From a virus, in the IMG/VR virus record IMGVR_UViG_3300009149_000019, positions 1 to 64,000 of that record: a stretch of DNA of 64,000 bases; one strand, written 5' to 3'. This document shows positions 17,450 to 27,539 of the stretch, piece after piece (the first letter of the stretch is position 1; every line of letters begins with the position of its first letter). The position numbers were made by a program, and so were the translations under genes. The notes under the pieces were generated by a model that worked only from the letters and a program-made list of their open reading frames with translations, ran no database searches and was not told where the DNA came from.

Positions 17450-18949
17450 ATGACAAAACCAGCTTCAGCTTCTGTAAAGGAGAAGGGAAAAGAGAAGCCG
17501 ATGCGCACCTATGAGCAACTGCAAAAGCAGTTCAGGCCTACAATTAACAGCTTAACTGCTGGCCTTATCATCATAGAGCATGTGCTTGGATACTTCCTTG
17601 CGAAGTTCCAGATTCACATTGTTCCGGATGAAAAGGCAGGTGATCGTAGGTTTAGGGGCGCTCCTGGAATGACGGATGGAAGAGACATCTATTTAGTTCC
17701 AGGAAATATGGAAACAACCCCATCCCCTGGAGTTATCCAATTTATTATTGTCCACGAGGTGTACCACCTCTTCCTGAATCATCATGATAGAAGAGGGTAC
17801 AGAGACCCAATCTTGTGGAATCTTGCTGCTGACTGTGAAATACATGAACAGTTCATCAGGCCACATTTAAGGAACACCAATGTATCCTGCCTTCCTGCCG
17901 CTAGAAAGTCTACTGATGACATAGAGCATTATATGGATTCTCTGTGTATATCGGCTAAGTACCTGAAGAAGGCGAATGACACCATAGATCCGGGAGACCC
18001 GGCAGAAATAATCTTCGATAAGCTCAAAAAAGAGCAGGACAAGATTAAGATCGAAATTGTCGGGTTTGGTTCCGGTGACGGTTCCGGTGACGGTGACGGT
18101 GATGGTGACGGTGACGGTGATGGTGACGGTGACGGTGCTCCTAACGGAGGAGGGGGTGATGGTAAAAATGGTACTGTTCGTGTAAAAGTTACAATTAATG
18201 GGGAGAGTAGATACACTCAATACTCTTTGGATGAGCTTCCCCAGGAAGTAAAAGACCAGATCCAGAGAAGTGTTTCCGAAGCCCTTCAATCAGCAAAGAT
18301 GAGGGGATCGGAAAGTGCAGCTATCTTTGAGCGTGTACTTAAGCGTTCACGTGTTGCAAAGAAATGCCTCTCTCTTATCAAGAATTTTGCTAAGCATCTG
18401 GATGCTAAGATGGGATACCTGTGGTCAAGGAGAACCTTCACAAGAAGGAACTTGATTATCAAGAACTTCCCAGGAGTAATGAAGAAAAAGAAAATAATCC
18501 GGACTATGGCTGTTGCCATAGATGAATCTGGGTCTATGAGTGATCAGGAGATAAGTGAGATCATTTATGGTCTTTATGATCTGATCACGAGCAGTCTGGT
18601 CCACATCAGGGAGCTGGTAATTATCCGGCATGATGTGGAAATAAATGTCGAGAGGATCCTTGAGACCTCCAAGCTTGGAAAGTATGTACGGAAGTTTGGA
18701 GGAGGGACTTCTCACCAGAATGTGTTTAAATTCCTTAAAAACGAGGAAGAGGACAAGAAGGAGAAAGCACCTTGTCTTGTCGTATTTATAACTGATGCAT
18801 GCAGTGACATAGAGCACATGCCATGGAATCAGTTGAAAATGGAAAAGCTGTGGCTCATCACAGGAGATACAGACTATGAGGGGAACATGGAGAAACTACC
18901 CGGGATAGGTAGGGTCTTGAACGTTAATAAGACAGAAGCCGGACAGTAA
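17450..18949 (+). CDS. DUF2201-type metallopeptidase plus vWA domain protein
   Basis: TDGR, HEVYH (HExxH), WNLAADCEI; MIDAS DESGS, GGGT, VFITD; Gly-Asp linker. Confidence 0.9.
   Translation: MTKPASASVKEKGKEKPMRTYEQLQKQFRPTINSLTAGLIIIEHVLGYFLAKFQIHIVPDEKAGDRRFRGAPGMTDGRDIYLVPGNMETTPSPGVIQFIIVHEVYHLFLNHHDRRGYRDPILWNLAADCEIHEQFIRPHLRNTNVSCLPAARKSTDDIEHYMDSLCISAKYLKKANDTIDPGDPAEIIFDKLKKEQDKIKIEIVGFGSGDGSGDGDGDGDGDGDGDGDGAPNGGGGDGKNGTVRVKVTINGESRYTQYSLDELPQEVKDQIQRSVSEALQSAKMRGSESAAIFERVLKRSRVAKKCLSLIKNFAKHLDAKMGYLWSRRTFTRRNLIIKNFPGVMKKKKIIRTMAVAIDESGSMSDQEISEIIYGLYDLITSSLVHIRELVIIRHDVEINVERILETSKLGKYVRKFGGGTSHQNVFKFLKNEEEDKKEKAPCLVVFITDACSDIEHMPWNQLKMEKLWLITGDTDYEGNMEKLPGIGRVLNVNKTEAGQ
18073..18137 (+). 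repeat. GGTGAC/GGTGAT hexamer tandem repeat (Gly-Asp linker)
   Basis: About 10 GD units visible. Confidence 0.9.
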
Positions 18950-18958
18950 AAGGAATAC

Positions 18959-18992
18959 AAGGGGCATGAGTATAATGTTCATGCCCCTTTTT
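18959..18992 (+). terminator. terminator-like hairpin with a TATAATG loop
   Basis: GGGGCATGAG-TATAATG-TTCATGCCCC-TTTTT. Confidence 0.75.
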
Positions 18993-19134
18993 AACAAATT
19001 TTAGGAGAGAAAGATGAAAAGACGACTAGTGACAACAAATAAGAAACGTTGTCTTATACAAATAACTTATCTTTTTGTCTGCTTTCTACAGACAATAAAA
19101 AGCCCTGGACGAGGGCTTTATCTTAGGAGGGGTA

Positions 19135-21198
19135 ATGGCGGCTCGTATTGCTGATCTACTTGGTCAAAAGGCCAGAACCGAAATTAAATTTAAAAATAAA
19201 AAGAAACAGGCTGCTCCAGTAGAAAAGTCTGTTGAAAAGCCTGCTCCAAAGAAGGTTGCGAAGCCTGTTCCTGCTCCAAAGAAAGTAAAGGAAGTTCAGG
19301 AGAAGACTTCTCCTAGGAAAGGCAGAGGGTATACAGAGGAAAACATTCGTGTATACTCTGACATGGCAGCTGTCCGTAAAAGACCTGCTATGTACATTGG
19401 ATCAGTGAAAGATGCAACTCCTCTGGTTAATGAAGTCTTGGATAATGCCAATGACGAGGCTATGGGAGGCCACGCTAGCCAGGTTGTTGTTCAGAAAATG
19501 GGTGACGAGATAATTGTCACTGACACAGGAAGGGGTATGCCACTTGGAGCCAAGAAGGAGAAGAGCGGGATGGTCCCTGTTCCTGTTCTTCTTTGTACGA
19601 AGCTCCACTCAGGCGGGAAGTTTGACTCCCGGGCCTATGAATATTCCTCCGGTCTTCACGGAGTTGGGCTGGTGGCAGTTAACGCACTCAGCTCGTTCTT
19701 TGAGATAGAGGTGTACAAGAGTGAGAGGAATAAGAAGAAGGCCCCAAAAGGGTCCTATTTTTACTTCAAAGGTACCTTCAGGAATCAGAAGCTCGAATCT
19801 AAAGAGGAGAGTACTGTGTCTGGTAAACGCCCGTTCTCTACCAGGGTTACGTTTACTCCTGATAAGAACGTGTTCTCTTCGATCGGGTTTGACATAGACC
19901 ATATCAGACAACGTATGGAGTTTATGGCTGCCTGGAACAAGAAGAATACAACATACTTTTTAATAAATGGGGAAGTACAGGAAGAGATAAGTGCAACCCC
20001 AGATAGTTTCTTTCAGAAGTATGTAACTAAAGGTAGAGAAACTATGATGGATCCTATATGTATCAGCATAGAAGATAAGAAGAATCACAGGAAATTGGTG
20101 GTTACTCTTGCTATCTGTGATGATGCTAGAAGGGATACATACGGGTTAGTTAACTTCCTGTTAACACCTCAGGGAACACATATAACTGGTGTAACAAATT
20201 CTTTCAGTAATGTTATGCTAGGTCTTATAAGTTCCGGAAAGAAGGCAAAAGAGACTGAAATGTTAGAAAAAGGGGATACAACCATTGGACTTAGAATGAT
20301 GGTTAGCATCTTTCTTCCTGAGAACATCCTATCTCTTGATGGTCAGACCAAGGAAAAGCTGGAAACAGAGAGGAAGCATTTTCAGGGCTTACTTGATCAG
20401 TTTGAAATCCAGCTGGCCTCTGAGCTTAAGTCTCATCCGATGATAGGTGAGATCATAGCACGTATACGTGCTTATCGTGCTAAGCTTGAGCATAGCACTG
20501 TTTTTAAAAATAGGTCTGTGCGTGGGATCACTTCTGAGGAAGATATCCTCATAGACTGTACATCCAACAATGGAGAGCTGTACTTGGTAGAGGGTGAGTC
20601 TGCTCTTGGTGGATTCAAGATGGCTAGAAATCCTGATTGCCATGCGTTGATACCGATGGGCGGGAAGGTCACTAATCCTATAGCTGCCTCTATGACTAAG
20701 CTTCTTAGGAGTAAGGAGTTCTCAAGTCTAGTGCAGGCTCTAGGCATAGGGGCTCGTTTATCCATGGATACAGTGATAGATGTCTCAAAGTTACGGTATC
20801 GTCGTATCATAGTGTCTTGCGATGCTGATGATGACGGAAAGCACATTACTGTACTGGTATTAGCTTTCTTCATGCGATGGTATCCAGAGCTTGTTAAAAG
20901 CGGCTTCATCTTCGTTGTTGAGGCTCCGCTCTTTAAGGTGACATCCAAAAGAAAAAGGATGCCAGCGTGGTCTTTTAAGGAAGCTCAAGCCTTAATGGAT
21001 AAATTTCCTGGATCTACTCTTACACGATTTAAGGGTTTAGGGGAAATGAATCCTGATGAGGTAAAGGAGTATTTACTTACTCCAAGGTCAAGACGGCTTC
21101 TTCAAATTAAGTGGGCTGATGAAAGCTCAATAGAATACGTGACGGCTCTTCTTAACTCTTCAGAGTTAAGGCAGAAGCTAGTCGATGAAAAGGAGTAA
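19135..21198 (+). CDS. gyrB: type IIA topoisomerase subunit B (GyrB/ParE-like)
   Basis: VRKRPAMYIGS, EVLDNANDE, DTGRGMP, GLHGVG, TOPRIM EGESA and DADDDG, RFKGLGEMNP. Confidence 0.93.
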   Translation: MAARIADLLGQKARTEIKFKNKKKQAAPVEKSVEKPAPKKVAKPVPAPKKVKEVQEKTSPRKGRGYTEENIRVYSDMAAVRKRPAMYIGSVKDATPLVNEVLDNANDEAMGGHASQVVVQKMGDEIIVTDTGRGMPLGAKKEKSGMVPVPVLLCTKLHSGGKFDSRAYEYSSGLHGVGLVAVNALSSFFEIEVYKSERNKKKAPKGSYFYFKGTFRNQKLESKEESTVSGKRPFSTRVTFTPDKNVFSSIGFDIDHIRQRMEFMAAWNKKNTTYFLINGEVQEEISATPDSFFQKYVTKGRETMMDPICISIEDKKNHRKLVVTLAICDDARRDTYGLVNFLLTPQGTHITGVTNSFSNVMLGLISSGKKAKETEMLEKGDTTIGLRMMVSIFLPENILSLDGQTKEKLETERKHFQGLLDQFEIQLASELKSHPMIGEIIARIRAYRAKLEHSTVFKNRSVRGITSEEDILIDCTSNNGELYLVEGESALGGFKMARNPDCHALIPMGGKVTNPIAASMTKLLRSKEFSSLVQALGIGARLSMDTVIDVSKLRYRRIIVSCDADDDGKHITVLVLAFFMRWYPELVKSGFIFVVEAPLFKVTSKRKRMPAWSFKEAQALMDKFPGSTLTRFKGLGEMNPDEVKEYLLTPRSRRLLQIKWADESSIEYVTALLNSSELRQKLVDEKE

Positions 21199-21200
21199 TA

Positions 21201-22229
21201 ATGCCAATTAAGGTAACACATATGAAAGGCCTATCACAAGAGGACCTCACCTCTTTTATGAGAAAAGCAATTAAGAAGGAGGGCGAAACTCAGGGATCTG
21301 TTGTAAGAAAGTCGATCAGATCCTTTTACTGGAGAACCCTCTTTCCAGAGTTTACGGCTGACGTCATTGAGACATGGTTCAGGCGTCAGGAACGCTACAA
21401 CGGGACCCGCCAGATGGAGCACGCGGTTTTCATAGCGTATGTTTCTGGGATTTCTGATGGAATACCATGGGCAGTCAACAACTACTGGAGGGGAAACATA
21501 GCACTCCAGCTTAAACACGCTTTGAGCGTGTGCTTACCTATTAGAGCGTCTATGGGTAAGCTTCCATTTACTTTCTTTCCTCGTATGAACTTTAAGTACG
21601 CCCGCTCCTCAGAGCAGGCAACGCATTTGATAGATGCAACCGCAATGGCACTATTCTTGACTAATGCAAGAATAGAGGATAAGGTTAGCTTTATTGTGGA
21701 AAGTCCGCCAATTTCAGGGTGGCACGAGTCTAATAGAGCATCTGTGCTGTCGGTTCTAGCTTCTGCTAAAAGTACCCAAGAGCTGTATGCCATGATAGAG
21801 GTCCTTTCTACATCTGTTAATAAGGATTTCTATGTAATGGCGTATGCGAAGACATTAGCTGGTGACGTAAGTGAACGCGCCTTTCTTGATATTCTGGAGT
21901 CAGGAGGGCCTGTAGTGGATGACATTGATCCCTTACTACTATTCCCGGTACTGTTTGATAGCCTATCAGCATCAACTGCTATCAAAGTACTGCAGGCCCT
22001 TAATAGTAATCAGCGCATAAAGGGACGTTCTTTTCTAACGGATGCTGTTCTTCTTGGGATACTATCCAGGAATAGTGAGAACTCCGTTAGAAATATTGTG
22101 TTAACATCAACCCCCGGTGCGGGGAGAGTTGAGGTTCTTCGTAAGAAGAACGAGAATGATATCATACGCATACGTGCTGCGTATGATAAGGCTATGGCCT
22201 TGGCTGGTGAGAAAGAAATGAGTGCTTAG
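21201..22229 (+). CDS. hypothetical protein between the topoisomerase subunits
   Basis: 342-aa ORF, AAGGAG SD. Confidence 0.75.
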   Translation: MPIKVTHMKGLSQEDLTSFMRKAIKKEGETQGSVVRKSIRSFYWRTLFPEFTADVIETWFRRQERYNGTRQMEHAVFIAYVSGISDGIPWAVNNYWRGNIALQLKHALSVCLPIRASMGKLPFTFFPRMNFKYARSSEQATHLIDATAMALFLTNARIEDKVSFIVESPPISGWHESNRASVLSVLASAKSTQELYAMIEVLSTSVNKDFYVMAYAKTLAGDVSERAFLDILESGGPVVDDIDPLLLFPVLFDSLSASTAIKVLQALNSNQRIKGRSFLTDAVLLGILSRNSENSVRNIVLTSTPGAGRVEVLRKKNENDIIRIRAAYDKAMALAGEKEMSA

Positions 22230-22235
22230 ATGTAT

Positions 22236-22267
22236 GGGGCTGGTATTATAATGGTATCAGCCCTTTT
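22236..22267 (+). terminator. terminator-like hairpin with a TATAATG loop
   Basis: GGGGCTGGTAT-TATAATG-GTATCAGCCC-TTTT. Confidence 0.7.
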
Positions 22268-22284
22268 CCTGGAGGAAACCACGA

Positions 22285-23613
22285 ATGAGAGAGAAAATGA
22301 TAAGTGTAGACATCGCAGAGGCCATACGGAGTAACTATAAGGCCTTTGGGAAAAAGGAGAATGAGGACCGTAAGATCCCTAAAAGACGTGATGGCCTACG
22401 GCCTGTATCTCGTAGGGTCCTTTACTCCTCATACAAGTGTGGGATTGGAACAAAGTCTATGAAGAGTGCAGTCATCTGTGGAGATTGTTCTGGACACTAT
22501 CATCCTCACAGTGACGACATCATATACGGTGCCCTGGTAACTCTAACAAAGTCTGGGCTGTATGAGACTCAAGGAAATTTTGGGTCTATTCATGGGATGT
22601 CTCCTGCTTCCCCCGCTGCCAAACGGTATACGGACTGCAAATTAACAAAAGAAGCCACAGATATGATGTTTGGCTTAATAGACTTTGTGCCGTACACCAA
22701 AAATAATTTGAACTTTGAGGAACCTGACTTCCTCCCGACCAAATACCCTCTATGTTACTTCCAGAGTACTCTTAACTCTGGTATTGGTTTTGGTTATAGG
22801 GGTGATTACCCATCTTATAAGCTTGAAGACCTCAAACAGCGTTTGTTCTGGCTTATAAAGCAGAGGAAAACAGAACCAATCATCGAACCCTATTATGGTG
22901 ACTACTTAGAAGTTAAATCTTCAAAAGATGAACTAAAGAGACTTCTGACTACTGGGGAAGGGTCCATTACCTTTGTACCTAAAGTGGTTATCTCCGGACC
23001 TAAAACCATTTCCATCCTTGCGAACAGCATGGCTGGTAATTTTAAGAAGCAGGTCTTTTCAGTGTTTGATGACAAGATGCTCAAAGCTGGACAGGTTGGT
23101 ATTGTAGACAGGTCAACAACCAAGACAGAGGTTGTTATAACTTTCTACGGAAGAGGAATAAATCCGAAGGATTATGTAAAGTTGCTCTCCGATAGACTGT
23201 CCTTCGCTGTATCATACAACTGCATCTTTGTAAATGATGACCGGTCTATCGAGAAGGTGTCTGTTGATCAGATGCTTGTTGAGATATACCAGCAGTACAA
23301 GGATCTCTTCTTTAAGAAGATTGATTATGATGTTCAGCAGTTACAAAGAAAGATCTCAGACATGGACATAATCGCAAAAATTAGACCATTTCTGAGAAGA
23401 CATCTCGGAAGAGAAGTCACTGCTGAGCTGTCATCTATAATATCAGACCTTTCCAGGAATGCATCAATTCCTGTAGAAGACATCTCCAGGGTCATTGGTG
23501 CTTACAGCATCAAGGTACTCTTAACCTGTAATACAGACAGTACTGCCTTACAGGCAAAAGTTAAGGAGACGACTGCTAAAAAGACTGAAGCAGAAGTCAT
23601 ATCTCATTACTAA
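22285..23613 (+). CDS. gyrA: type IIA topoisomerase subunit A (GyrA/ParC-like, no C-terminal pinwheel)
   Basis: DGLRPVSRRVLY, YHPHSD, QGNFGS, AAKRYT with catalytic Tyr; only 442 aa. Confidence 0.9.
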   Translation: MREKMISVDIAEAIRSNYKAFGKKENEDRKIPKRRDGLRPVSRRVLYSSYKCGIGTKSMKSAVICGDCSGHYHPHSDDIIYGALVTLTKSGLYETQGNFGSIHGMSPASPAAKRYTDCKLTKEATDMMFGLIDFVPYTKNNLNFEEPDFLPTKYPLCYFQSTLNSGIGFGYRGDYPSYKLEDLKQRLFWLIKQRKTEPIIEPYYGDYLEVKSSKDELKRLLTTGEGSITFVPKVVISGPKTISILANSMAGNFKKQVFSVFDDKMLKAGQVGIVDRSTTKTEVVITFYGRGINPKDYVKLLSDRLSFAVSYNCIFVNDDRSIEKVSVDQMLVEIYQQYKDLFFKKIDYDVQQLQRKISDMDIIAKIRPFLRRHLGREVTAELSSIISDLSRNASIPVEDISRVIGAYSIKVLLTCNTDSTALQAKVKETTAKKTEAEVISHY

Positions 23614-23631
23614 TAATTTAAAGGGGGTTTC

Positions 23632-25236
23632 ATGGTAACCGTGAGCTCTTTTACATATTTACAGCATAATAGTATGCTGGAAATTACCCTATCATCGGAC
23701 AATGACACCCCTCTTTCGGATAAGTGGTTAGCGCACCAAGATGGTCTATTTAGGGAGGGTGCCTCTGACTCATTCGAAGTAGTTGGTAGCAGCAGTACTA
23801 CACGGCTAACAGGTTGTTACAAAGCTCAAAAGGAGCTTCAGTTACTAGTACAAGTAAAGGAGAACGGACCTAATGACAGTGTTACTGATGTAACGTTAGA
23901 AATAGACTCGCTGGGTTTTATCCTTAAGGTTATTATCCATAAATATAACTGGAAGAAGGAGTACTACAAGGAACCATGCGACGTCCTTTACAGGGAGACT
24001 CCTGAGAAGGAGGCATTATTTAGAATGGTAGCAGGTAAACGTCTGTCTTCCGTGGCAGATACACTTTTGTTTATGGATAAAAGTGTATATGACTTACCAT
24101 GCTTTGCTAAGGCTATTTATTATAAAAGCCTTGCACAGGGAAACCTGGCGTCATTTCAGTTTACATACAGAAGCGCTGACCTTGCGCATAATGGCACCAA
24201 TAGGAGGTCATACCAGAACATGCTACACTTGCTGCCATTAGCAGAGGCAATGGTACAAAACCCAGAATCGCCTTTACTAAGGCGTGTTGTAAGCTCTGCA
24301 GGAAATGAAGGACACGCGATTCATTTCTTGTATGCACTTACACATGGGAAAGTGACCACTAAGAGGGCAGCTACTTATGGTGTAGGGCTTATAGTGGAGG
24401 CACGCGGTACTGTGTCTCTTGAGTTAGTAGAAGTGATAATGGAGTATATAGGAAAGCAAGGACTGAGCAGCCCCAGGCTACTCAACATGATTGTTAAGTC
24501 AAAACATGTTGGGAAGTTCATAAAGGCAAGCTCTGGAGAAGTGAGAGAAGATCTTATTAGCAAGTTCTCTGCCCTTAATGTAAGTGATATCCATGGAGAT
24601 ACTCTACAAGACCTCATGTTGCATGATTGTTTTGGGATACCAGAAGTGGTAGAAAAGGCAAGAGAGGTCTTGTTCTTTCTAATCACTTCCTGGGAAGACT
24701 TCCCTTATTTTGATGGTGATAGCCCTCCCAGGCCTAAGGTACACTATGAAAGTAAAGAGTCCTTCATTACCTTTGCTACTCGTGGGGAATGGCCACAAGA
24801 GTTTGAGGACATCTATCTTTTCTTCCCAACCACTAAGATAATGTACTATCTCTACAGGATAGAGGCAGGAGAGGCCGGGCTTATCACCTACTTTGAAGAT
24901 ACCTGGGTTCTAAGTCAACTAGTCAGCTCTGTAACTACTTATCCTAGATTATTGATGTGGTTCTTAGGGGTGTTTAGTAGAGTTTTATACTCTGAGGACC
25001 ATCTTGACATCCTGAAAGAGTGTCCTAGTCTAATGGAACTGCGTTCTGGGCTTTTGTATGAACGGGAGTTTCTCATAGGCACACATACGCCAACTATACG
25101 TAAGTTGATACATCTTCTTACTAACGACTTTAGCTGGTGTTGTGGGTACTCGCATCTAGGGCTAGTGTTGTCGATGGATGAGGCAACGGAAAATACGAGA
25201 ACTCTTTCTAATACTGCTTTAAGGCTAGAAAAATAA
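23632..25236 (+). CDS. hypothetical protein
   Basis: 534-aa ORF. Confidence 0.75.
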   Translation: MVTVSSFTYLQHNSMLEITLSSDNDTPLSDKWLAHQDGLFREGASDSFEVVGSSSTTRLTGCYKAQKELQLLVQVKENGPNDSVTDVTLEIDSLGFILKVIIHKYNWKKEYYKEPCDVLYRETPEKEALFRMVAGKRLSSVADTLLFMDKSVYDLPCFAKAIYYKSLAQGNLASFQFTYRSADLAHNGTNRRSYQNMLHLLPLAEAMVQNPESPLLRRVVSSAGNEGHAIHFLYALTHGKVTTKRAATYGVGLIVEARGTVSLELVEVIMEYIGKQGLSSPRLLNMIVKSKHVGKFIKASSGEVREDLISKFSALNVSDIHGDTLQDLMLHDCFGIPEVVEKAREVLFFLITSWEDFPYFDGDSPPRPKVHYESKESFITFATRGEWPQEFEDIYLFFPTTKIMYYLYRIEAGEAGLITYFEDTWVLSQLVSSVTTYPRLLMWFLGVFSRVLYSEDHLDILKECPSLMELRSGLLYEREFLIGTHTPTIRKLIHLLTNDFSWCCGYSHLGLVLSMDEATENTRTLSNTALRLEK

Positions 25237-25247
25237 GAGGAGGGGTT

Positions 25248-26675
25248 ATGACAACCATATGGTGCTTACTTATTCCCCCAAGTGAATGTAAGTATCTTCA
25301 TAAAAAGATAGAAATGACTACAGTACTAATGGAAGAAAATGGGCATAGGCCCATTTTTTCTATCTTTGGGAGTGAGTTTCCAATAATACGAATACAGAAA
25401 AAGTATCCGTATTACCTAATTACTGTAGACAAAGAGGTACCCTTTGGGTGCACGGAGGTTACGTGCAATGTTACATTTACTCTATCCCAGATTGTGTGTG
25501 GGATTCATGTGAGGGTGCCAATAAGGAAGAGAGCGCTGTTCAATAGAAAGCAGGAAATTGACAGCATGAGCAGATCCGATGCGGTCCCTTACCTCATGCA
25601 TAAGTTAGACTATGGGATGAGTGTCTCGTATAAAGAGATGTATAGTGTGGTATCTACCCTGTTCTATAAGATAGATGCGGGGGCGATGACACACTACCTT
25701 TTTATTAAAAAGGTAGTTAGTGCTGGCTATAGCTCAAAGCTATTAGTGTGTTGTATTAATTACTGGGATAAGAACCACAGTCTCGGATCATTCCAAGGAC
25801 TTCCCCTCATAGCCGTGCTGGAAGCCTTATACGCTTTCGGTGCGAATCGAAAGCTTGTGGTAAAGGCAGTGGCTATCATGTTTAAGAAATTCCACATGTC
25901 TCATGTGATGCTAACAGACCATCAGTTTCCAGTGCCTTTCTTTAGGAAGCTTGGGTGTCCGAAGGAGCTTGAGTTTCTAATGATACATACTAGGAACGTG
26001 GAAAGCCTAGTAACGGACCTCTCGACCATAGCAACACCGGACAGCATCTATGGTGTTCTGAAGAATGGATCTTCTTTTTACTTAAGAAGATTAGCCAAGG
26101 AGACGGGTAATCATGATCTTGGGTTATGTAGCCTACAGACGGATAGCGCCCTAGGCTCTATCAGGGCTGCATACGATAGAAAACTAGACCTGAATGAGAT
26201 CATACCAAATGCGTACCATTCCTATGGCAAGGACGCACGGGCAACTATGATGGGTCTAATAACTGATAGTGTTCATCAGTGCTTATCTCGCACGAACATA
26301 TATGGTAGTTCAGAGGTGGCACTACGTTTTCTTCCGGAGAACCTATTTAGTACTGGGTGGCCGACACAAAACTCGCAAAAGTTTGTGGACATTCTAGAAA
26401 AGCTCTTACGTGGGCAAGCACATTTGCTTGACGATGAAGTGCTAAAGTACCTTCTTACTACAAACAATTCCTTTTCTAGTGATCCGTTATACAGGCACTC
26501 TGTATTACGATGTATCACTAATGATACACGGATAGCTCAGGTGTTACTCAGAGTCACCCCGGATAAGGGGGAGATTATAGCAGCATTTAGGAAAAAGAGA
26601 AGAACGTATAAAAATGCCTACGCTACTATGCTAAAGAGGGTTCTTAAAGAAAGAAAAAAGAGAAAGGAGAAATAA
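25248..26675 (+). CDS. hypothetical protein
   Basis: 475-aa ORF, GGAGG SD. Confidence 0.75.
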   Translation: MTTIWCLLIPPSECKYLHKKIEMTTVLMEENGHRPIFSIFGSEFPIIRIQKKYPYYLITVDKEVPFGCTEVTCNVTFTLSQIVCGIHVRVPIRKRALFNRKQEIDSMSRSDAVPYLMHKLDYGMSVSYKEMYSVVSTLFYKIDAGAMTHYLFIKKVVSAGYSSKLLVCCINYWDKNHSLGSFQGLPLIAVLEALYAFGANRKLVVKAVAIMFKKFHMSHVMLTDHQFPVPFFRKLGCPKELEFLMIHTRNVESLVTDLSTIATPDSIYGVLKNGSSFYLRRLAKETGNHDLGLCSLQTDSALGSIRAAYDRKLDLNEIIPNAYHSYGKDARATMMGLITDSVHQCLSRTNIYGSSEVALRFLPENLFSTGWPTQNSQKFVDILEKLLRGQAHLLDDEVLKYLLTTNNSFSSDPLYRHSVLRCITNDTRIAQVLLRVTPDKGEIIAAFRKKRRTYKNAYATMLKRVLKERKKRKEK

Positions 26676-27169
26676 TGGAATTAGAAAAAGAGAAACTAAA
26701 AGAAATGAAAGAATTTCTTACTAATAAGAGGAAGGAGTCTGGGTTTGAGTGGATAGTTAATAAAGACTCGGATAGTGTGGGCCCAAGACTGGCACACTAT
26801 ATCATGAACGACTGGAAGGACCTCGATTGGTATGCAGATGAAGATATAGCCATACTTCTAGACGGGTTTCGATACTCTAGTACCTTTGAAGACACTTCAC
26901 GTCTTTTTCATGCGCTAGTGTACGTGAGCATCTATTATATCCATGATGCATACACTAAAGAGAGGGTCATGGCTGGCGTTCGCAGAGCGCTAGGAAGCAT
27001 GTCCTCATCTAATCTTAAAATGTTATTGTTGTATAAAGAGGCACCAGAACGCCTTCAGGCGAGCATCTCTGAGCTTCTGAAGGAGAGGGGAAACGATGGG
27101 AAAAAAGAAAAAAAGAGTAAAGTTACCAGAAGAAGCGGCAAAGGAGATACTGCAGAGTCTAGAGGATAG
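26675..27169 (+). CDS. hypothetical protein, WxDxDWYxD paralog family
   Basis: DWKDLDWYADED. Confidence 0.7.
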   Translation: MELEKEKLKEMKEFLTNKRKESGFEWIVNKDSDSVGPRLAHYIMNDWKDLDWYADEDIAILLDGFRYSSTFEDTSRLFHALVYVSIYYIHDAYTKERVMAGVRRALGSMSSSNLKMLLLYKEAPERLQASISELLKERGNDGKKEKKSKVTRRSGKGDTAESRG

Positions 27170-27527
27170 AGGGTTCTTCACATTAATGGCTAAGGCTGGT
27201 GTAAACCCTACCTACTCTTCTGAAATAAAAGAAGTTGTCGATGACATGTTTACCTCAGGGTACACACACGGGCGCGAAGAGGGCTTTGATGCCGGATACG
27301 AAGACGGCTACAACGAGGGGAATGCAGACGGAAAAAAAGCAATGGAAGAGGTAGCGTATGAAATGGCCTTTACTGCCCTCAAGAAACAAATTGTAGATGG
27401 TGTTCTATATGCTTTATTAAAAGATTTAAACAAGGGCCATCCATCCATTATGAGGATGATCCTAATGAAGCATGGCAAAAATGATGTACTTAGGGAAGTC
27501 ATCAAAAGGGTCATGGCTGAAAAATAG
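27096..27527 (+). CDS. hypothetical protein with GxxxG repeats
   Basis: GYTHGREEGFDAGYEDGYNEG (FliH/Yae1-like periodicity). Confidence 0.65.
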   Translation: MGKKKKRVKLPEEAAKEILQSLEDRGFFTLMAKAGVNPTYSSEIKEVVDDMFTSGYTHGREEGFDAGYEDGYNEGNADGKKAMEEVAYEMAFTALKKQIVDGVLYALLKDLNKGHPSIMRMILMKHGKNDVLREVIKRVMAEK

Positions 27528-27539
27528 AAAGGAGTAAAA

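Noticed and set aside
18073-18137. Tandem repeat as a CRISPR or contingency locus
   Set aside because: It is an in-frame hexamer repeat encoding the Gly-Asp linker typical of DUF2201-vWA proteins, with no spacers
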